Assembly (NCBI GenBank): GCA_963821585.1
Contig: CAWGEI010000005.1
Location: forward strand, 1,094,603-1,158,602
Reading direction: 5' to 3'
DNA length: 64,000 nucleotides
DNA from: an uncultured Acidobacteriota bacterium
GTDB lineage: Bacteria; Acidobacteriota; Thermoanaerobaculia; Gp7-AA8
Below, piece after piece: positions 57,590-64,000 of this stretch (position 1 is the first letter of the stretch; every line of letters starts with the position of its first letter). The notes beneath the pieces are model-generated. The model was not told the DNA's origin, did not search any database, and saw only the letters and a list, made by a program, of their open reading frames with translations. The position numbers and the translations under genes are program-made.

Positions 57590-57795
57590 GCAGAGCCGTA
57601 TGACCGTTCCTCAGACGACAGGCCTGCCGAAGGCTTGGCCAACCAGCGCTGTCGGCCGTGCCGACCCGTCCCATTTTCGGACACTCCCATCCCAACCACG
57701 CACGAGAACCGTGTGAACGAACGGTCTAACTCCTTGCGAACAAACGCCCACCACCGTGGCACCTCCGTTGCGCTAGAGGCGCGGCAATCGTTGCC

Positions 57796-59049
57796 ATGGA
57801 CGTCCATAGACCTGACCTCGCAAACGCCCGCCGCCGCAAGCGGCTGATCGTCGCCGGTGTCCTCACCGCCGCCGTTGCCGTCGCCACCTTTGGCGTCTCG
57901 CGCCTCAAGCCCGCCGCGCCTGAAGTCGAGGGCGGCGGGTTGTTCATCGACACCGTCAAGCGCGGCTCGTTCGTCCGCCAGGTGCGCGGCACAGGCGTGC
58001 TCGTGCCCGAGCTGGTCCGCTGGATCCCGGCGTCGACCGAGGCGCGCGTCGAGCGCATCCTCGTCCGGCCGGGCACCGTCGTGACCGCCGACACCGTCAT
58101 CCTCGAGCTGAGCAACCCCGAGGTCGAGCAGGCGGCGCGCGACGTGGAACTGCAGCTCGGGTCCGCGGTCGCGGAGCTGCGCCGGAGAGAGATCGAGCTC
58201 CAGAGCGCGATCCTCAGCCAGCAGGCCCTCGCGGCCGACATCGAGGCCCAGCGCACCGACGCGGAGTCACAGGCCGCCGTCGACGACGAGCTCGCGCGCA
58301 ACGGCCTGACATCCGAGCTGACGCGCAAGCGCTCCCGCAACCGCGCGGACCAGCTGCAGAACCGCAGCACCATCGAGAAGCAGCGCCTCGAGATCGCGCG
58401 TAAGGTCTCCGAAGCCGACATGCTCATGCAGCGCTCGCGCGTCGATCAGCTCCGCGCGCTGCACGACCTCAGACAACAGCAGCGGGGCGCACTGCAGGTC
58501 CGCGCCGGCATCGACGGCGTCCTCCAGCAACTCCCCATCGAAGTCGGCCAGCGCGTCGCGGGCGGCACCAACCTCGCGCGCGTGGCGCAGCCGATGCCGC
58601 TGAAGGCCGAGCTGCGCATCGCCGAGACCCAGGCGCGCGACGTCGCGCCCGGACAGCCCGTGACGATCGACACCCGCAACGGCACCGTCACCGGACGCGT
58701 CACCCGCGTCGACCCCGCCGTGCAGAACGGCACCATCGGCGTCGACGTCGGCTTCGAGGGCGCGCTCCCGCGCGGCGCGCGCCCGGACCTCACCGTCGAC
58801 GGCGTGATCGAGCTCGAGCGCCTCGACAACGTCCTCTACACCGGCCGCCCCGTGCAGGGCAGCGACGGCGCGACGATCGGTCTGTTCAGGATCACCGCCA
58901 CCGGCGACGAAGCCGCGCAGACCAGCGTCGCCATCGGCCGCACCTCAGTTAGCAGCGTCGAGATCCGCTCCGGCCTGAAGGAAGGGGATCGCGTGATCCT
59001 CTCCGACATGTCCGCGTGGAGCGAGCACAAGCGCATCCGCCTCAAATAG
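57796..59049 (+). CDS. HlyD-family periplasmic adaptor (MacA-like)
   Basis: N-terminal TM helix, barrel-sandwich/lipoyl halves flanking a long coiled-coil (EQAARDVELQLGSAVAELRRREIELQ...), upstream of the ABC genes. Confidence 0.8.
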   Translation: MDVHRPDLANARRRKRLIVAGVLTAAVAVATFGVSRLKPAAPEVEGGGLFIDTVKRGSFVRQVRGTGVLVPELVRWIPASTEARVERILVRPGTVVTADTVILELSNPEVEQAARDVELQLGSAVAELRRREIELQSAILSQQALAADIEAQRTDAESQAAVDDELARNGLTSELTRKRSRNRADQLQNRSTIEKQRLEIARKVSEADMLMQRSRVDQLRALHDLRQQQRGALQVRAGIDGVLQQLPIEVGQRVAGGTNLARVAQPMPLKAELRIAETQARDVAPGQPVTIDTRNGTVTGRVTRVDPAVQNGTIGVDVGFEGALPRGARPDLTVDGVIELERLDNVLYTGRPVQGSDGATIGLFRITATGDEAAQTSVAIGRTSVSSVEIRSGLKEGDRVILSDMSAWSEHKRIRLK

Positions 59050-59059
59050 GAGAAACGCC

Positions 59060-59791
59060 ATGCCGCCTCTCATTCACCTCGAAGGTCTCACCAAAGTCTT
59101 CTACACCGACGAGATCGAGACCCACGCGCTCGACGGCGTCCATCTCGACATCGAGAAGGGCGAGTACGTCGCCATCGCCGGCCCTTCCGGCTGCGGCAAG
59201 TCCACGCTCCTCGCCATCCTCGGGCTGCTGCACGGTCCCACCGGCGGCCGCTACACGCTCAACGGCACGCCCGTCGAGCAGCTGTCGACCGCCGACCGCG
59301 CGCGCATCCGCAACCGGGAGGTCGGGTTCATCTTCCAGAGCTTCAACCTCATCGGCGATCTCACCGTGCAGGAAAACGTCGAGCTCCCGCTGACCTACCG
59401 CAAGATGCCGATCGCCGAGCGGAAGAAGCGGGTGACCGAGGCGCTGGAGCGCGTGGGGATGGCGCACCGGATGAAGCACTATCCCGGGCAGCTCTCCGGC
59501 GGCCAGCAGCAGCGCGTCGCCGTCGCCCGTGCGATCGTCGGCAGCCCGTCCATCGTCCTCGCCGATGAGCCCACGGGCAACCTCGACTCGCGCAACGGCG
59601 AGTCCGTGATGACGCTCATGCGCGAGCTCAATCGCGAGGGCGCGACCATCTGCATGGTCACGCACGACCCGCGCTACGCGAAGCACGCCGACCGCTCCGT
59701 ACACCTCTTCGACGGCCGCATCGTCGAGGAAGAGCGCATGCCCATCGAAGAGCACGAGCTCCGCGAGAGCGGCTTCCACGGTCAGGGATAA
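59060..59791 (+). CDS. ABC transporter ATP-binding protein (MacB/LolD-type)
   Basis: Walker [10 protein letters not shown], signature [14 protein letters not shown], Walker [12 protein letters not shown]. Confidence 0.9.
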   Translation: MPPLIHLEGLTKVFYTDEIETHALDGVHLDIEKGEYVAIAGPSGCGKSTLLAILGLLHGPTGGRYTLNGTPVEQLSTADRARIRNREVGFIFQSFNLIGDLTVQENVELPLTYRKMPIAERKKRVTEALERVGMAHRMKHYPGQLSGGQQQRVAVARAIVGSPSIVLADEPTGNLDSRNGESVMTLMRELNREGATICMVTHDPRYAKHADRSVHLFDGRIVEEERMPIEEHELRESGFHGQG

Positions 59792-59802
59792 ACGGAGCAA
59801 GG

Positions 59803-62142
59803 ATGAACGAGCTCCGGCACGCCGTCCGCCGCCTGCTGCGCGCGCGCGGCTTCACGATCGCCGCGGTCGCGACGCTGGCCCTCGGCATCGGCGCCACGAC
59901 GGCCATCGTGACGCTGGCGAACGCGCTGTTTCTCCGCCCGCTGCCGTATCGCGACGCCGACCAACTCGTCCACCTCTGGGAGATCCGCGCGTCGAAGAAC
60001 TACGGGCGCTCCGAGACCTCCTTCCCGAGCTTCGAGGACTGGCGCGCGTCGAGCCGCACGGTCGAGATGTTCGCCGGCTACGGCTGGCCGCGCGTGACGC
60101 TGCGGGGCAGCGGCGGCGCGGAACAGCTCCAGGCCGCGCGGGTCAGCGACACTTTCTTCGACGTCCTCGGCACCCGCGCGCAGCTCGGACGCACGTTCGT
60201 CCGCGGTGAAGACGTCTCGAACGGCCCGCGCGTGGCCATCCTCAGTGACGGACTGTGGCGCCGCCGTTTCGGCTCGGACACCAGGATCGTCGGCCGCGCC
60301 ATCAACGTCGACGGCACCGCGTACGAGGTGATCGGCGTCCTCCCGCCGGCGTTCCACTTCGCGCCGTCCCGCGGCGCCGAGCTCTGGGTGCCCCTGCAGC
60401 CGAACGACTCGATGCGCACCCGCCGCTCGATGCGCTGGGTGAACGTGATCGCCAGGCTGAAGCCGGGAGTCACGCCGGAAGCCGCGGACCGCGAGCTCGA
60501 CGCGATCGCCGCGGGTCTCGCCCGCAGTCATCCCGACTCGAACGCGGGCGCCAGTGTCGAGGTCGTGCCTCTGCGCGAACAACTCGTCGGACCGGTGCGC
60601 GGCCCGGTCATCCTCCTCGCGATCGCCGCGCTGTTCGTGCTGCTGATCGCGTGCGTGAACGTCGCCAGTCTGATGATCGGCCGCGTCGCGGCCCGCCGCC
60701 ACGACGTCGCCGTCCGCTTCGCCCTCGGCGCCACGCGCGCGAGCGTGGCCCGCTCGCTCGTGGTCGAGGCCCTCGTGCTCTCCGCCGTGGGGGCGGCGGC
60801 CGGTGCGGCCGTCGGCGTCTCGGCGCTGCGCGCGATGGTGATGACCGTCCCGCCCGACCTGCTCGCGCTGATGCCGTACCTGCGGACGCTCACGGTCGAC
60901 GCGCGCGTGCTCGCCGTCGTCTGTCTGGCGGTTGCGGCGTGCGCGGTGCTGATCGGCGTCTGGCCTGCGCTCCGCGCCTCGCGCGAATGGCACCTCGGCA
61001 CACGCGGCACCACCACGAAGCGCACGCTTCGCTCGGCGCTCGTGGTCGCGGAGATCGCGCTCGCCCTCGTGCTCCTCACCGGCGCGGCCCTGACGCTGCG
61101 CAGCCTCTCCGCGCTCGCCGCCGTCGATCCGGGCTATCGCGCCGAGAACGTCCTGACGCTGCGCGTGGCGTTCCCGGCCGACCGCTACGACGACGACGCG
61201 AAGCTCATCGGCATCCACCACCGCGTGCTCGACGCCATTCCCGGCGCCGCGATGATCGACAAGCTCCCGTCCCTCGGCGGCGGCACGATCTCGTTCACCA
61301 CGGCCGCCGATCCGGAAAAGCGCGAGGCGAACGTCCGCGCCATCAGCCCGCGATACTTCGCGGTGATGAGCGTTCCCCTGCTGCGTGGACGCGACTTCGA
61401 CACGCGCGACCGCCTCGACTCCCCGCCGGTCGCCATCGTCAACCGCGAGCTCGCGCGCCGCTATCTCGGCACCGAGGATCCGGTGGGGCGCGTGCTGCGG
61501 ATCGGGAGCTATGAGCTGCAGGTCGTCGGCGTGTCCGGCGACGAGCGCATCGGACCGCTCGACGAGCCCGTGACGCCCGTCGTCTACGTCGCGCTGACCC
61601 AGGCCGCGGATGATTCCGTCGCGATCGTCGTGCAGAACGCGGATGCGGCCGGCGTCGTCCGCACGCTCCAGCAACTCGACCGCGACATCGCGGTCGCGGG
61701 CGTCGCACCGATGACCGCGATCGTCGCCTCGTCGCCGGCCATCTTCCTCCGCCGCGCGACCAGCATCGTCATCGCCGCGTTCGCGGTTGCATCACTGCTC
61801 CTCGCCCTGGTCGGCCTCTACGCTGTGATCACCGAGGCCGTGACCGCGCGCACGCGCGAGATCGCGGTGCGTGTGAGCGTCGGCGCGAAGCCGGGCGAGA
61901 TCATCGCGCTCATCGCCCGCGACGGCGCACGCCTCGGCGTCATCGGCGTCGCCATCGGAATCGCCGGCGGTCTGCTGCTGACGCGTTCCATGGAGTCGCT
62001 GCTCTTCGGCGTCGGCGTCTATGACCCCGTCGCCTTCGGCGGAACGTCCGCCCTGCTCCTCGTGACCGCGATCGCCGCGTCGCTGATCCCCGCGTTGCGC
62101 GCGACCCGCATCGATCCCGCCGTTGCCCTGCGACAGGAGTGA
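59803..62142 (+). CDS. duplicated FtsX-domain permease (ADOP-type)
   Basis: N-terminus [35 protein letters not shown] and two MacB_PCD+FtsX halves in ~780 aa, the pattern of the acidobacterial duplicated orphan permease family as I recall it. Confidence 0.85.
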   Translation: MNELRHAVRRLLRARGFTIAAVATLALGIGATTAIVTLANALFLRPLPYRDADQLVHLWEIRASKNYGRSETSFPSFEDWRASSRTVEMFAGYGWPRVTLRGSGGAEQLQAARVSDTFFDVLGTRAQLGRTFVRGEDVSNGPRVAILSDGLWRRRFGSDTRIVGRAINVDGTAYEVIGVLPPAFHFAPSRGAELWVPLQPNDSMRTRRSMRWVNVIARLKPGVTPEAADRELDAIAAGLARSHPDSNAGASVEVVPLREQLVGPVRGPVILLAIAALFVLLIACVNVASLMIGRVAARRHDVAVRFALGATRASVARSLVVEALVLSAVGAAAGAAVGVSALRAMVMTVPPDLLALMPYLRTLTVDARVLAVVCLAVAACAVLIGVWPALRASREWHLGTRGTTTKRTLRSALVVAEIALALVLLTGAALTLRSLSALAAVDPGYRAENVLTLRVAFPADRYDDDAKLIGIHHRVLDAIPGAAMIDKLPSLGGGTISFTTAADPEKREANVRAISPRYFAVMSVPLLRGRDFDTRDRLDSPPVAIVNRELARRYLGTEDPVGRVLRIGSYELQVVGVSGDERIGPLDEPVTPVVYVALTQAADDSVAIVVQNADAAGVVRTLQQLDRDIAVAGVAPMTAIVASSPAIFLRRATSIVIAAFAVASLLLALVGLYAVITEAVTARTREIAVRVSVGAKPGEIIALIARDGARLGVIGVAIGIAGGLLLTRSMESLLFGVGVYDPVAFGGTSALLLVTAIAASLIPALRATRIDPAVALRQE

Positions 62143-62147
62143 CCTCG

Positions 62148-64000
62148 ATGAACGACCTGAAATTCGCGATCCGCAACCTGGCCAAGTCCCCCGGCTACGC
62201 CGCCGCGGCCATCCTCACCCTGGCCATCGCCATCGGCGCGAACACGTCGATGTTCAGCATCCTCTACGCCGTCGTGCTGCGGCCGCTCGCCTTCCGCGAA
62301 CCGGAGCGCGTCGTGCGCATCTGGCAGACCGATCTCCACAACGACAGCCAGCGCGAAGGCGCGTCGTCGCCCGATCTGCGCGACTGGAAACAGCAGCAGC
62401 GCGTCTTCTCCGCGATCGCCGGAACGACCGGCCGCACGTTCAACATCACAGATTCGAGGGCCGAGGCGGAGCGCATCACCGCGACCGGCGTGTCGCACGA
62501 CTACTTCTCCATGCTCGGTCTGCGGCCCCTCTCCGGACGCGCCTTCCTCCCCAGCGACGACCGCGAAGGTGCGGAGCCCGTGGCCATCGTCAGCGACGCC
62601 TTCGCACAGCGCCGGTTCGGCAGCGCGAACGTCGCCGGCCGCAGCATCACCCTCGACGGCAAGGCGTTCCAGATCGTCGGCGTCATGCCGAAGGACGCGT
62701 CCCTCACCCGCGCCAGCGTCACCGAAGTCTGGATTCCGCTGACGCCCGCCGTCGTCCCGTTCGGCGAGGTGCGCGGCGTCCACAACGTCTATGTCCTCGC
62801 GCGCCTGAAAGACGGCGTCACGGTCGCCCAGGCGCAGAGCGCGATGGACGTCATCTCCAAACGCCTCGAACAACAGTACGCCGACGACAACAAGGGCCGC
62901 GGCGCGTTCGTCGAGCCGGTGCTCGACTCCATGGTGCGCGACGCGCGGCCGAGGCTGTGGGTGCTCTCCGCGGCCGTGCTGGCGGTGCTGCTCATCGCCT
63001 GCATCAACGTCGCCGGCCTGATGCTCGCCCGCGCCGACACCCGCGCCCGCGAGCTGGCCATCCGCGCCAGCCTCGGCGCCTCGCGCGGCCGCATCGTCCG
63101 CCAGTTGCTCACCGAGTCCGTGGCTCTCGCCGCGATCGGCGGGGCGCTCGGGATCGCGCTCGCGTACTGGATGACGCGCACGGTGCTCGCGCTCGCGCCG
63201 GCACTGCCGCGCGCGGACGCGATCCGCATCAGCATCCCGGTGCTCGGTTTCGCGGTCGCGGCGACCATGCTCTCCGCGATCCTCTTCGGCGTCATCCCGT
63301 CGCTGCGCACTTCCGCCGTCCATCCCGCGAGCGCGCTGGCCGCCGGCTCGCGCGGGGTCATCCGCGGCACGCGCACCGCGGGACGCGGCGTGCTGGTGAT
63401 CGTGGAAGTCGCGCTCGCGGTCATCCTGGTCATCGGTGCGGGACTGCTGCTCAAGAGCTTCTCGCGTCTCCTCGCCGTCGACGTCGGCCTCGGACGGCGA
63501 ACATCGTCACGTTCTCCATGACGTTGCCGGAGGCGAAGTACCCGACGCCTTCGCGCGACCAGTATCCGGACTGGCCGTCGGCGCAGAACTTCTTCGACGA
63601 GCGCCTGGATGAGCGCGTCCAGATGGTGCCGCGACGTGCGAAGCGTGGCGCTGGCAATGGCGCATCCGCTCGATTGCGGATTCACGTCGCGGACGCAGGT
63701 CGTCGGACGTCCCGCCGGTGACGGGCCGCCGGACGAAGTGCGCATCCGCCCGGTCTCGTCCACGTACTTCGAAGCCCTCGGCATCCCGCTGCAGCGCGGC
63801 CGCATGCTCACGCGCGACGACCGCGTCGAATGCGCCGGCGACGATCCTGATCAACGAAGCGCTCGTGCGGAAGTACTTCCCCAGCGAGGACCCGGTCGGG
63901 CAAGCAGATCGAGTTCTGGGGCCAGCCGAGCACGATCGTCGGCGTCGTGAAAGGGGAGCGCTTCGGCGGCCCGCAGAGCGAAGTCGAGCCCGCGCTGTAC
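62148..64000 (+). pseudogene. second ADOP-type permease, frame broken at least 4 times after ~63485; runs off the right edge
   Basis: The gene is intact through [33 protein letters not shown]... to [14 protein letters not shown]. It then continues in other frames ([21 protein letters not shown]...; VRSVALAMAHPLDCGFTSRTQVVGRP...STYFEALGIPLQRGRML; ILINEALVRKYFPSEDPVG; KQIEFWGQPSTIVGVVKGERFGGPQSEVEPALY). Confidence 0.75.

Noticed and set aside
57600-57716. 38-codon ORF (MTVPQTTGLPKAWPTSAVGRADPSHF...) downstream of the S5-like/antitoxin-like gene as a possible toxin remnant
   Set aside because: It shows no recognisable RES/ART or other toxin motif, is very short, and has weak coding signal.

Overview
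GC-rich bacterial chromosomal segment in which third codon positions are almost always G/C. It is most consistent with Acidobacteriota, because it encodes a VWFA-related 'acidobacterial-type' secreted protein and two ADOP-type duplicated FtsX permeases. The backbone is housekeeping: M50 protease, secA (frame-broken), proC, DedA, tRNA-Lys/tRNA-Leu, tig-clpP-clpX-lon, engB, rho, a class A PBP, mlaEFD, ugd-uxs, and a MacA/MacB-like efflux set. Accessory content is interleaved with this backbone. (1) An LRR-Roc-COR-TIR single-gene candidate immune sensor lies just after rho. (2) An orphan ribosomal protein S5 paralog is fused to an Xre-HTH/DUF2384-like antitoxin module. (3) A lower-GC islet after secA carries a 100-nt secA fragment that differs from the resident gene only at synonymous sites. 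(4) Two duplicated cassettes encode Cys-rich secreted proteins. (5) An MNT/HEPN toxin-antitoxin pair is present. (6) A halogenase / AMP-ligase / ACP / dehydratase / KS / CLF / GT2 cassette resembles type II PKS systems. (7) An IS200-like Y1 transposase (RAYT-like) sits next to one copy of a ~190-bp nested-palindrome repeat that has 5 copies. The intergenic space is unusually rich in long hairpins whose stems are tandem 7-nt units. It also contains a 64-bp x7 tandem array with a perfect 18-bp palindrome per unit, and a 21-bp x10 GATC-dense tandem array. Frameshifts cluster in secA (about 7) and in the last permease gene (at least 4); the cause, assembly indels or real decay, cannot be decided from sequence alone. 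Most long ORFs in the supplied track that lie antisense to these genes are high-GC shadow ORFs.
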